From Octopus sinensis (lineage: Eukaryota): 64,000 nucleotides of DNA. A program made the position numbers and the translations under genes. Under the pieces are notes generated by a model. It was not told where the DNA came from and made no database searches. It worked only from the letters and a program-made list of their open reading frames with translations. Below, piece after piece: positions 50,403-62,933 of the stretch. The stretch is from positions 124,930,001 through 124,994,000 of the forward strand of contig NC_043000.1 in assembly GCF_006345805.1 (NCBI RefSeq). The letters are read 5' to 3'. Each line of letters begins with the position of its first letter. Position 1 is the stretch's first letter.

Positions 50403-51410
50403 TCATCATCATCATCATCATCGTTTAACGTCCGCTTTCCATGCTAGCATGGGTTGGACGGTTCAACTGGGGTCTGGGAAGCCCGAAAGCTGCACCAGGC
50501 CAGTCAGATCTGGCAGTGTTTCTACAGCTGGATGCCCTTCCTAACGCCAACCACTCCGAGAGTGTAGTGGGTGATTTTATGTGCCACCGACACTGGTGCC
50601 AGACGAGGCTGGCGAACGGCCACGCTTGGATGATGTTTTTTACGTGCCACCGGCATGGAGGCCAGTCAATGCGGTACTGGCTATGGCCACGTTCGGATGG
50701 TTTTCGTATGTGCCACCGGCACTGGTACCACAAAACTACAAATTCCATTAATGTTCATCGAGTTTGCTTTTGATTTTGTCCATTTTGTCCATTTTCATTT
50801 TCACTTGCCTCAACAGGTCTTCACAAGTAGAGTTATGTGTCCCAAGAAGGAAGGTATGCATAGGTGGACTGACTACGTCCCAGGCAGGGGCCATGGGTTA
50901 TGGCCTCACTTGTCCAGCCGGGTCTTCTCGCGCACAGCATACTTCCAAAGGTCTCGGTCTCTGGTCATTTCCTTGGTGAGACCTAAAGAGCGAAGGTCGT
51001 TCTTCACCACCTCGTCCCAGGTTTTCCTGGGTCTGTCTCTTCCACAGGTTCCCTCAACCGCCAGGGTGTGGCACTTTTTCACACAACTATCTTCATCCAT
51101 TCTTACTACGTGTCCATACCAGCGTAGACGCCTCTCTTGCACACCACATCTTATGCTTCTTAGGTCCAACTTTTCTCTCAAGGCACTTACACTCTGTCTG
51201 GTATGAACACTGACATTACACATCCAACGGAGCATACTGGCTTCATTTCTTGCAAGCTTACGCATATCCTCAGCAGTCACGGCCCATGTTTCACTGCCAT
51301 GTAGCATGGCTGTTCGCACACATGCATCATACAGTCTGCCTTTTACTCTGAGCGAGAGGCCTTTTGTCACCAGCAGAGGTAAGAGCTCTCTGAACTTTGC
51401 CCAGGCTATT
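50403..51410 (-). mobile_element. Young 5'-truncated RTE-clade LINE (ORF2 C-terminus 50906-51410 open, 3'UTR, (GAT)n tail)
   Basis: IAWAKFRELLPLL...KGRLYDACVRTAMLHGSETW...RRLRWYGHVVRM...RPRKTW...DRDLW, typical of RTE; no internal stops. Confidence 0.92.
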
Positions 51411-51532
51411 AAGTATCGTAAATCAAGAAGCTTTACTTGTTGCAGTCATTTGACAGTGGCCATGCTGGAGTACCCCTTTGGAAAAATTTTAGTCGGAAGA
51501 ATCCACCCCAGTACTTATTCTATCAGTTTCTT

Positions 51533-51865
51533 GTGACTAAGGTTTGGTGGATGATTTCAATTCAAAACTTATGAAAACAAGATATTTGTACTCAGAGCCA
51601 GAGCTAGTTTCAGCCAGGTTACTATCAAAAGGGTTGAATTAGTCATTTGTTAATCCTTTTGTTATCATATTTCTGTTGAGATGCTCTGTGTGTCTTTCAA
51701 TTACTTTAAATATAACAAAGAATTTAGTAAAATAACTTTAGTATCATTCAACTAGTGTTAGGAACATAAATTGCGACTAAGGTTTGGTTGAAGATTTCAA
51801 TTCAAAACTTATTTGTACTCAGAGCCAGAGTTGGTTTCAGCCGGGTTGGTATCAAAATGGTTAAA
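51533..51865. mobile_element. piggyBac-type MITE (51650-51865) preceded by a duplicated right half
   Basis: gactaaggtttgg...ctcagagccagag...tatcaaaa(g/t)ggtt repeated; TTAA ends. Confidence 0.65.
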
Positions 51866-52211
51866 ATGATCTTTTACAGTAAATCCGTCCACAGGCAGGA
51901 CCAAGACCATGTGTGAGCAGGAGGATGGATACACTGGGTAATTAAAAATGTCTTTGGCATAAAATTATGTTTCCAATCTGTTCTGATGCTGTTAAACCTC
52001 GGAGAGTCTTAAAGCTTTTCAGTTACCTTAAGTATATGTGAAAGAAAGTGGGAGTCTTCATTGAATGATATTTGTCGTTGACCAACACATCAAATGGCAC
52101 AACTACAGGATTATTACATTCGAACCTCCCAAAACCTCAGTGGTAGAGTTTGAACTTGTTGCAAGTGATAAACAAGTGATGGCACCTCATTTCACCGAAA
52201 TATATCTTAAC

Positions 52212-52627
52212 CAGTGCTGGATTAACGATTAAGCAAAACAAGCACTTGCCTAGGGCATCAACTAAAGGGGACACTACAGAAATGGTAAATAGTTTATGGC
52301 ACAAAAGAAATCACTTTAAACTTGTTAATATGATATTTGGGATGCCTTTATTTCTACTAAGTAAAGAAGCAGATGTGTTACTGATTAATTCTGAAGATTT
52401 GGTCAAAGACTTTGCAATTAAAAGAGTAGGAGAAAGCTCTTCAACTATAAATAAAACGGAAGTATATACAAAAATAAATATTATTTTCCAACTTAATGCT
52501 AGCTTTGTTTTATTTCTAATAATAAAAATTCATTTTATGGTTTATTATTGTTTATATTTTGAATTACACATGGGGACACCAAAACCATTTAAGTGTTTGG
52601 GCCTCTATAGGTTTTAATCCTGCCCTG
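52212..52627. mobile_element. hAT-type MITE
   Basis: TIRs CAGTGCTGGATTAA / TTAATCCTGCCCTG; 8-bp TSD atcttaac (52204-11) / gtcttaac (52628-35). Confidence 0.85.
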
Positions 52628-52659
52628 GTCTTAACAAATAACACTACTGAATATTTGAT

Positions 52660-53070
52660 CATTGCCAGAGCAGCTAACTGGCTTCTGTACTGGTGGCACG
52701 TAAAAAGCACCATTCGAGTGTGATCGTTACCAGCGTTGCCTTAGTGGCACTTGTGCTGGTGGCACATGAAAAAACGTTCGAGCAAGGTTGTTGCCAGTGC
52801 CGCTGGACTGGCTACTGTGCAGGTGGCATGTAAAAAACACCATTTGAGAGTGGCCGTTGCCAGTACCGCCTAACTGGCCCTCTTGCCTGTGGCACATAAA
52901 AGCACCCACTACACTCTTGGAGTGGTTGGCGTTAAGAAGGGCATCCAGCTGTAGAAACTCTGCCAGATCAAGATTGGAGCCTGGTACAGCCATCTGGTTT
53001 GCCAGTCCGCAGTCAAATTGTCCAACCCATGCTAGCATGGAAAGCGGACGTTAAACGATGACGATGCTGA
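52660..53070 (+). mobile_element. RTE-type 3'UTR element
   Basis: Near-copy of 4200-4530; (GAT)n-like tail. Confidence 0.85.
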
Positions 53071-53403
53071 AGTTCTGATGTTGTGATCATTAGACATTAT
53101 GATCTGAATGAATTTGTACCTGTTCAAGACTCTACACAACCATAGGCTTCAAAGCATGAACAGGATCATTTTTAGGTGAAGCTTATACCACTCATCTACT
53201 ATTTGTACTCAAGGAAGTTGAACTTGAACCCATGTGACTTTTGTTGTTGAGTGTCATTTAGAACAAACCTGATGCAACACTGGACAGTAACATCACTATG
53301 TGGAACTTTGCCATTTGGAAGGCACTCAGGTCTATAAATGTAACAAAGAAGGCATGTTCAGTCTTCTGTATCCATATTAAGTCGATTATAACTGTTGTTG
53401 GAA

Positions 53404-54052
53404 AGCGGCGAGCTGGCAGAAACGTTAGCATGCCAGGCAAAATGCTTAGTGGTATTTCATCTGCTTTTACATCCTGAGTTCAAATTCTGCACTGAGGTCG
53501 ACTTTGTCTTTCAGCCTTTTGTGGTTGATAAATTAAGTACCAGTTGCATAATGGGGTCGATCTATTCGACTGGATCCTCCTCCCCCAAAACTTCGGGCCT
53601 TGTGCCTAGAGTAGAAAAGATTATTATTATCATTATTATTATTATTATTAAGGTGGTGAGCTGGCAGGATCGTTAGCACACCGGGTGAAATGCTTAGCAG
53701 TATTTTGTCTGTCTATATGTTCGGAGTTCAAATTCCAATGAGATCAATTTTACCTTTCATCCTTTTGCAGTCGATAAATTAAGTACCAGTTGCATACTGG
53801 GGTCGATCTAATTGACTGGCCCCTCCCCAAAGATTTCGGGCCTTGTGCCTAGAGTAGAAAAGAAACATTAGCACACCTTTAGCAGTATTTTGTCTATCTT
53901 TACTTTCTGAGCTCAAATATTGCCAAAGTTGACCTTGTCTTTCAACCTTTCAGGGTCGATAAATTAAGTACCAGTTGCATGCTGGGGTCGATCTATTTGA
54001 CTGGATCCCCCTCTCCCAAAATTTCGTAATGTGTGCCTAGAGTAGGAAAGAT
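53404..54052 (+). mobile_element. Three head-to-tail second-family SINEs
   Basis: gataaattaagtaccagttgcat...tgtgcctagagtag x3. Confidence 0.9.
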
Positions 54053-54179
54053 TATAACTGTTGATGGAAAATATTTTGAGCAGTATTTTTCCTTCTCTTA
54101 TGAAAGATAAACATGCAAAGTTTTATGCTTCTCTCAAGTTCTGAAACATCTCAACACAAATAGCCTCAAGTCAGCTGCC

Positions 54180-55495
54180 CATGTGTGCACATATGTGTGT
54201 GTGTGTGTATGTACATGCATGTCTGCATGTGTGTGTGCATACATGTGTGGTATAAAACATCAGAACTTAGTGGATTGGGATTTCTGTGCATGTGTGTGTG
54301 TGCCTCAAAGTTTGTGTGTGTGTGTGTGTTTGTACGTGTGTGTGTAGAAATGGGTGTAATAAAGCATCAATGCTTACTGGCTTGGGATTTCTCTGCAGAT
54401 ATATGCACATGAGTGTGTCTTTGTATTTGTGTGTGTATGTGTGTGTGTGTGTGCATGCATACATGAGTACATGTGTGTGTGAGTATGCATGTGTGCATGT
54501 GGGTGTGTGCAAGAAATGTGTATAATAAAACATCCGGACTTACCAGATTGGGATCTCTGTGCACATGTGTGTGCAAGCATGTGTGTGTGTGTGTGTGCAC
54601 ATGCATACATGAGCATATGTGTGTGTATACATGTGTGCATGTGTGTGTGTGCACAAGAAACATGTATAATAAAACATCTGGGCTTACAGGATTGAGATCT
54701 CTGTGCACATGTGTGCAAGCATATGTGTGCATGCACATGCATACATGAGCACATGTGTGAGTATGTAGGTGTGTGTGCAAGAAATGCATGTGTGCATGCA
54801 TATATGTGTGTATTATGTGTGTATGTGTGTATTATGTGTGTATGTGTGTATTATGTGTGTATGTGTGTATTATGTGTGTAATATGTGTGTGTATGTGTGT
54901 GTGTATATATGTGTGTAATATGTATGTATGTGTGCATGCATATATGTGTGTATTATATGTGTATGTGTGTATGTGTGTGTGCATATATGTGTGTAATATG
55001 TGTGTGTGCATATATGTGTGTAATATGTGTGTATATGTTTGTGCATATATGTGTGTATTTTGTGTGTGCATAAATGTGTGTATGTTTGTGTGCATATATC
55101 TTTGTATTATGTGTAAATGTGTGTGTGCATATATGTGTGTAATATCTGTGTATGCGTGTGTGCATATATGTGTGTAATATGTGTGTATGTGTGTGTGTGC
55201 ATATATGTGTGTAATATGTGTGTATGTGTGTGTGTATATATGTGTGTAATATGTGTGTATATGTTTGTGCATATATGTGTGTATTTTGTGTGTGCATATA
55301 TGTGTGTATGTGTGTGTGTATGTGTGCATATATGTGTGTATGTGTGTGTGCATATATCTTTGTATTATGTGTAAATGTGTGTGTGCATATATGTGTGTAA
55401 TATGTGTGCATGCGTGTGTGCATATATGTGTGTATTATGTGTGTTTGTGTGTGTAATAAAACATCCAGACTTACCGGATTGGGATTTCTGCAGTT
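54180..55495. repeat. (TG)-rich minisatellite with five copies of a unique motif of about 40 bp
   Basis: taataaaacatcc(a/g)gacttacc(a/g)gattgggat(c/t)tctg variants at about 54253, 54357, 54523, 54668 and 55454. Confidence 0.9.
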
Positions 55496-56413
55496 GCAAC
55501 TACCACGTTCTGGATTACTCAACAGAACATTTATGGTTTACGATGGTTTCGATTCAAGGAAACCCATCTCCAGATTCCTATTACTCTTTAGCTAAATCAA
55601 TCATTCCCAAATTCATTTAGACCATTTCTTGTTGCTGCTGTAAATCCATCTTTAGCAACACTTCCATCCTCTTGGACAATGAACAGGTATTATCCGAGTT
55701 TTGTATGAGATGACAATACAATAAACGCAAACAATTTTACAATATATTTGACACCCAATTAGAAGTGGTAGGTAGAATTTGTTATCATAAAAATAGACAA
55801 CGTATTATTTTCACTTATCTGCCATTGCCTGCCAAAGTGCCTTTAAGATTCCACCAATTTCTGAAACCCAACGGCAAATTTCACATCTATGTAATTTACT
55901 GTAACCACCGTGTGTGTGTGTGTGTGTGTGTGCGTGTGTGTGTGCGTGTGTGTGTGTGTGTGTATGTTTGAGAGGGGAGAAAGAGAAAGAAGGAGAGAGA
56001 TAGAGAAAAAGAGAGAGAAAGAGGGAGAAAAAAGAAGAAGAGAAAGAGGGAGAAAAAAGAAGGGGAGAGATAGAGCAAAAAGGGAGAGAAAGAGGGAGAA
56101 ACAAGAGGAAGAGCGATAGAGAAAAAGAGATATGGTTCTATGATGTGCCAGAAACAGCAAACAAATCTTCCTCCAGTTGCTCTTTACCATCTTAGAAAAG
56201 AAAGACATATTTGATGATGTAGTTCTAGGTACACAACATCTGAATAAAAATGTTGAGATAGTCATGTCTGGAATGACTAATCATAGTTCTACTTTTTCAG
56301 GGCTGATCTAGGGTTAACAACACTTACAACTATAGCCTACCTGTTTGTCATTAATGCCACCACATCACAGGATACTGTGATATAAACCTCATGTTTCATT
56401 GATTTTATTGTTA

Positions 56414-56637
56414 TAGTAATCCCTTGATTATTGTAGGACTTACATTCCATAACCCTGCTACAATAGGTGAAAATCAGCAAAGTAGAAACAGTACTGTACT
56501 GTATATTTTTAAAAATTACTTTTATAATTTATACATATTTATTTTATTATAAATTCAAAACAACACCACAGAGGAATTGACATAAGCTAAAATAATAAAC
56601 CATGATAGGTGAACTACAATATGATGAGGGATTACTG
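56414..56637. mobile_element. Tc1/mariner-superfamily (pogo/Tigger-like) MITE
   Basis: TA-TAGTAATCCCTT ... GAGGGATTACTG-TA termini. Confidence 0.75.
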
Positions 56638-56787
56638 TATGTATATATATAACATATATATAATAATAATATTAGGGAATAAATCCAAACTTACAGGGAA
56701 AAATTAGATTTAGGATTAAATCCAATTTTATAGTATAAATATATTATATTATATTATATTAAATTAGAGATATCTCTAATTTAATAT

Positions 56788-57138
<351 letters not shown>

Positions 57139-57599
57139 ACAAATACCACATTTAGACTAATTTCGTAAGATATTTGGAAATGTCGCAATAAATACATAAT
57201 TATTTTTCTGAATCTTCATACAGCTTCTTTCTCTTTAATATTTGATTTTTGAATTTCTCCTAATTAGGAAAACCTATGAATAATCTCCTTTATTAAAGTA
57301 GTGAAGCTATCTTAATTGTTCCATATTTTTAAGCTGTTTGTGTTCACAAATAAGAATGAGAAAAAATAAAAGGTAAAAGCTTTAGATATATTTGAATAAC
57401 CATTAATAGTGTTAGAGATGACAAGCAAGGGAGAATACTGATGGAAACGTATTTTTTTAAGTAAATGAAGAAAACTATTAGAGTAACTAATGTATGATAT
57501 TAACATTTAAGAATATAATGTATAATAATATTTGGGGATTATATATGTTGTTTTAATATATATTAAAGAATATCTATTTAGACAATATATATTGAAATG

Positions 57600-58130
57600 C
57601 ATAAGGCAAAGTCGACCTTGGTGGAATTTGTACTTGAAACATAAAGATAGAAGAAATACTTATTTCTTTATTACCCAGAAGGGGCTAAACACAGAGGGGA
57701 CAAACAAGGAGAGACATAGGTATTAAGTCGATTACATCGACCCCAGTGCGTAACTGGTACTTAATTTATTGACCCCGAAAGGATGAAAGGCAAAGTCGAC
57801 CTCGGCGGAATTTGAACTCACAATATAATGACAGATGAAATACCACTAAGCATTTCACCCGACGTGCTAACATTTCTGCCAGCTCACCACCTTACTGTAT
57901 TTTAATATATATTGGTTTCACATTTTGGCTCAAAGCCAGCAACTTTGGGGGAAGGGGTAAGTCAATTATATTGACCCCAGTATTCAACTGGTACTTATTT
58001 TATTGACTCCAAAAAGATCAATGGCAAAGTCAACCTTGGCGGAAGTTGAAATCAGAATGTAAAAGCCAAATGAAATAGTGCTAGGGGCCTTACCTGGCAA
58101 ACTAATGATTCTGTTGTCTCACCACCTCAA
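57600..58130 (-). mobile_element. Tandem second-family SINEs
   Basis: Family match. Confidence 0.85.
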
Positions 58131-58154
58131 TGTATTTTAATATATTAAAATATC

Positions 58155-58710
58155 TTTATATCTTTTATTCGTTTCAGTCATTAGGCTGTGGCCATGCTGG
58201 GGCACCTCCTTGAAGGAATTTAGTAAAAGGAATCAGCCCCAGCATCTTTTTTCTGAAGCTTGGTATTATTAATTCTATTAATTTCTTTTTTTGAACTACC
58301 AAATGATGAAGATCTAAACACACCAACACTGGTTGACAAATGGTGGTGTCCTCCCACCATCGCTTGACAACTGATGTTGGTGTGTTCACGTCCCCGTAAC
58401 TTAGCGGTTCAGCAAAAGAGACTGATAGAATAAATACTAGGCTTACAAAGAATAAGTACCGGGGTCGATTTGTTCGACTAAAGGTAGTGCTCCAGCATGG
58501 CCGCAGTCAAATGACTGAAAAGTGACTGACACACACACACACACAAAACTGGCTCCTTTCGATTTCTGTCTACAAAATCTATTCACAAGGCTTTGGTCAG
58601 CATGAGGCTATGGTACATGACACTTCCCCAAGGTGACATGCAGTGGGACTGAACTCAGAACCATATGTTGGAAAGCATATTTTCTACCACATATCAACGC
58701 CTGTGCCTAT
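58155..58710. mobile_element. CORE-SINE (-) containing an inverted 3' half (+)
   Basis: 58170-58345 reverse tail, 58350-58525 forward tail, 58530-58710 reverse head. Confidence 0.75.
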
Positions 58711-59759
58711 CATCATCATTATTTAATGTCTGCTTTCCATGCTGGCATGGGTTGGATGGTTTGACTGAGGACTGGCAAGCCAGAAGGCTGTGCCAAGCTC
58801 CAATCTGTTCTAGCCAGGTTTCTACAGCTGGATGCCCTTCCTAACACCAACCACTCCAAAGGTGTAGTGGGTGCTTTTTATGTACTACCGGCATTGGTCA
58901 GTCAGAAGCTACAATAGAGGTGCTACACAGTGAGATTGAACCCAGATCTATATGGCTAGGAAGTAATCTTCTTACCACACGGCCATGCCTGCACCGATAT
59001 GTATATGTATTAAAATACATAATGTACATTAAAATTCATATCAAATATACCATAAATTCCATTTTGTAATAGATACTGCATCTATTAAATAAGAGTGAAT
59101 AAAAGTGAGATAAGTTCTCAGCTGGTTGTAAAAACCAAATTGATTTGTAATACTGATTCTTTGTCTACACACACAAATTATTTGTTTTCAGTGGTGATGG
59201 CTTGTGTTCAATCAGCTGTGATTTTGGGAAATGAAGATAGCAGAATGTTGGAGAAAATATTTGCCATAATCTCAGTAAATAACATACCTCAGGCTTTTCT
59301 TGTTTGAGTTTTCCATTTCCTAGTCTTGTTGCCTTTAGCCCCTGCTCAGAGTTCAACCCACCCCAGTGGGTTAGATGCACTCCTAGGCATCAAACCTGGA
59401 ATTTCTAAATGCTCATGCACAAACACACACACACACACACACACATGATGTAATTAGATTGCCATTGACTCTTCTGAGTTCATCAGTCCTTGCATATGCG
59501 TGTGTATAAGTGTGTGTGATTGTGTGTGTGTGTACGTGCTTGTGAGTGTGTGTGTGTGTGTGTGTGTGTGCATGTGCGTGTCTCTGTGTGTGTGCATGTG
59601 TGTGATGCAGATAAACACTACTAGGTTTGACATATATAAATATACATATAAACATATACACATATAGTTACACGTATAGAGATATACAGAGACACATATA
59701 ACTAGATATATACAGTAGATAAATACATATGTACAACAATATGAGTATTTATGTAGATA

Positions 59760-60230
59760 AGTGCAGGCATGGCTGTGTGGTGAGAAGCTTGCTAACCAAC
59801 CACATGGCTTTGGGTTCAGTCCCACTGTTTAGCACCTTGGGCAAGTGTCTTCTACTATAGCCTCAGGCTAATGAAAGCCTTGTGAGGGGATTTAGTAGAC
59901 ACCAACTGAAAGAAGCCCATTGTATATATATATATATATATATATGGGCAAATTTGTTGTTGAAAATGCATGTAAATTTGAAAAACTTGTATTTGTTTTT
60001 AAACAAATTTAGGTACATTTTCAATAACAAATTTGCTTATATTTTTTCCTGCATGGAAATACACCTCCTCTTTGTTTTATATATATAACTTAGTGGTTTG
60101 GCAAAAGAGCCCAATAGAATAAGTACTAGTCTCACAGATAATAAGTCCTGGGGTTGATTTCTTCGACTAAAGGCAGTGCTCCAGAATGGCCGCAGTCAAA
60201 TGACTGAAACAAGTAAAAGAATAAAAGAGT
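59760..60230 (+). mobile_element. CORE-type SINE with an AT-rich insertion in its (TA)n
   Basis: Head 59760-59925, tail 60087-60230. Confidence 0.8.
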
Positions 60231-60260
60231 AGATATAGATAAATGTATTTATAGAGAGCA

Positions 60261-61093
60261 TATGTGGTCTGATCGATGAGTTCCTGTATTGTTGCCATAG
60301 TAACGAAGTTAAAACATGAAGGGTAAAGCCACTTGGCACAAATTGACCTTAAAATCTGCTGTGCATGTGCACTAAGCTTTAACATGCCAGCTCACTTCCA
60401 CTGTTTACAGCAGTGCTTGGAAGGAAGGTGTGTAGCATGTGATCATCGTATTGAGCATGACAGAGAAAGTTGAGCAGAGAATCTACATCAAAGTTTGTCA
60501 AAAGCTTGGCGATATATGCTCAGAAGCCTACACAAAGTTTTCAAAAAGTTTTCATCGTTCCCAACACAATCAAGGAGATCTTGTGTAACTAAAACCCAGG
60601 ACTCCTTTTGGGTAGCTGAAAGCAGTTTTGGCACAAACTTAGCAGACACTTGTTTCATACCCAAATCTTCAATGATAATGGACTGAACTGAACTGTAACT
60701 AATCTGCACATCCTCTGATAACTCATAGATGGCAATTCGATGATTTACCCTCACAGCTGCATGCACATCTTTAATGTTTTTCTCAGTTCTGCTGGTTGCG
60801 CATCTCCTAGAATGTTCGTCAATATCAACATTTTTCAATGTCTGAACCACTTGTACACTTGTGTGTAGCTCATTCACTTCTCCTTGTACACTTTCTGCAA
60901 CTTTGCATAGGCCTCTAGCGCAGGTATTGCCATGATAACTTTCTCTGTCATGGTCAATGCAACAATCACATGCTACACACCTTCCTTCCAAGCACTGCTG
61001 TAAACAGCGAAAGGGAGCTAGAACATTAAAACTTAGTGCACATGCACAGCAGAGTTGAAGGTCAATCTTTGCCAAGTGACTTCACTGTGTTCA
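60261..61093. mobile_element. Mariner-derived foldback: two 5' ends fused in inverted orientation
   Basis: 60330-60470 is the reverse complement of 60938-61078; + arm MTEKVEQRIYIKVCQKLG; - arm ...IIIEDLGMKQVSAKFVPKLLS...DENFLK (mariner HTH/WVP region); TIR-like TA-TGTGGTCTGATC at 60261. Confidence 0.85.
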
Positions 61094-62149
61094 AGAAGTG
61101 TGTATGTATGTGTGTGTTTGTAGGGATGAAATAGGGATGTTTAATAACTATGGCCTCTCCTTGTCTCTCCATTCCCCTGATAAACCATCTGAACTCACTC
61201 CTCATATAAACTCTAGTCAGGCTGTATACTCAATACAGATGTTTGAAACAGTGAGGACTCTATCTTTAATGCCCCCCACCCCAAGGGCCAAATAATGGTG
61301 TTAAAATGGCTCCCAAGAGCTAGTGAGGTATTTAGAGATTCATCAATAAGAGACAGGTAGTATACATGTTGGAATATGTATTGCATGGAGGATAAAAAAA
61401 AAGAAAGACGAGAGAAATGGTATGAATTGTTGATGTGTAAAATTCAGGAAAATTTTAGCTGAAGGAGATATGGAATTAATTGGATGGAAGCTGAGAAAAC
61501 CTGATCACACAACAGGAAATGACCACCAAAGACAAAATTTATTCTATAAATGCTTTTAATTTGAGGATTGGATATGGAGTTGTAATGAGACAGGTACATA
61601 AGTAATTCAAATGATAAATAATAAACCTCAGTTGTTCTAATTAGCGAAACATGGGTGTAGTCCTAATTAATGATGTTTGTATTCAGTTCTAATTGGCAAG
61701 TTATGAAATTATTTCTTTGAAATTATAGATTGCATTATCTTTTCCAATAATGCAGACATGTATTTACTGAAATTCTATTAAACTAAAAATTAAAAAGATT
61801 CTATTCTGGAATATTTATACAAATTCTTATAAAGACTAACATCTTAAATAACATTCTTGGTTTTTTTTCTTTTGGTTTTTGGTTTTTGTTACTTTTTACT
61901 TTTTACTTCCAAATCTTGTCAATTAACAAAGTTTTAATAATAAAATAAATCTGATAACGATTGATATTCACCTGCATTACATAATTAATGAAAATAAACA
62001 AGATTTTGGACAGCATTTAATCATTAAAAATGTAAATTAGTGAATTTTGTTCATGAAAAAACATTGCTTCTTCTCCTCTTCTTTCCTCGTTAATGTCTTT
62101 CCTCAACTAATAAGAAACTTCATGATTAGAAGACAGTCGATGAGGTCCA

Positions 62150-62177
62150 ATACATGCATATACATACATATACACAT

Positions 62178-62225
<48 letters not shown>

Positions 62226-62545
62226 TACATATACATTCATACGTACAAGCATGCATACATATGTATACACATAGTTACACATATTTGCATGCACACACAC
62301 ACAAACACACACACACACACATATACATACATATACACTATACACACACGTATGTACACGTACATTCATACACACAAGCACACATACATATGTATACACA
62401 TATACATACATATACACTACAAATATATAGATACACACACGTATGTACAAATACATTTATACACACAGGCACACATACATATGTATACACATAGTTACAC
62501 ATTGCATGCTCACACACATGCACACACTCACAAACACAAAATGCA
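62150..62545. repeat. TA/CA microsatellite
   Basis: Direct inspection. Confidence 0.95.
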
Positions 62546-62933
62546 TTTACTGCTTTGCTTTCGAGCAGGTAGCTAGTCAAAATGAAATCTAGATTGCATG
62601 ATTGACAAGCAAGCTTCCCAATCAAGCAATCTGGGATTCGTTCTCACTGCATGACATCTTGGGCAAGTATCTTCTACTACAGCACACACACACACACACA
62701 CACATAATTGAAGGGATAATTAAAATCCAAGTGATCACCTTAGTATCACTTCATGTTTGAGCCTGTCTAGCATTGTGTTCAAACAGTGGTGTAAAGGTTG
62801 CACCTCTTAGTTAGCCAAAGAATGATTGGTTGCACTTTAGACAAATATTAAAGGATCACTCGGCCAATCCAAGACATATATATATCAAATAAGTATGTTA
62901 TAATCCTCACAGAAGGAATAACAATAATTTTTA

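Noticed and set aside
52246-52617. 123-aa ORF
   Set aside because: Entirely inside a hAT MITE, TTG start, no recognisable domain
53175-53330. CNBD-like fragments (GEAYTTHLLFVLKEVEL; VTSLCGTLPFG)
   Set aside because: In different frames with stops between and too little room for an intron; likely chance similarity
54250-55495. CRISPR-like appearance (repeats of about 40 bp with intervening sequence)
   Set aside because: Repeats diverged, spacing irregular, spacers are TG microsatellite, no cas genes, eukaryotic context
55970-56130. Lys/Glu/Arg-rich ORF and polypurine tract
   Set aside because: Low-complexity GA repeat; unremarkable in this window
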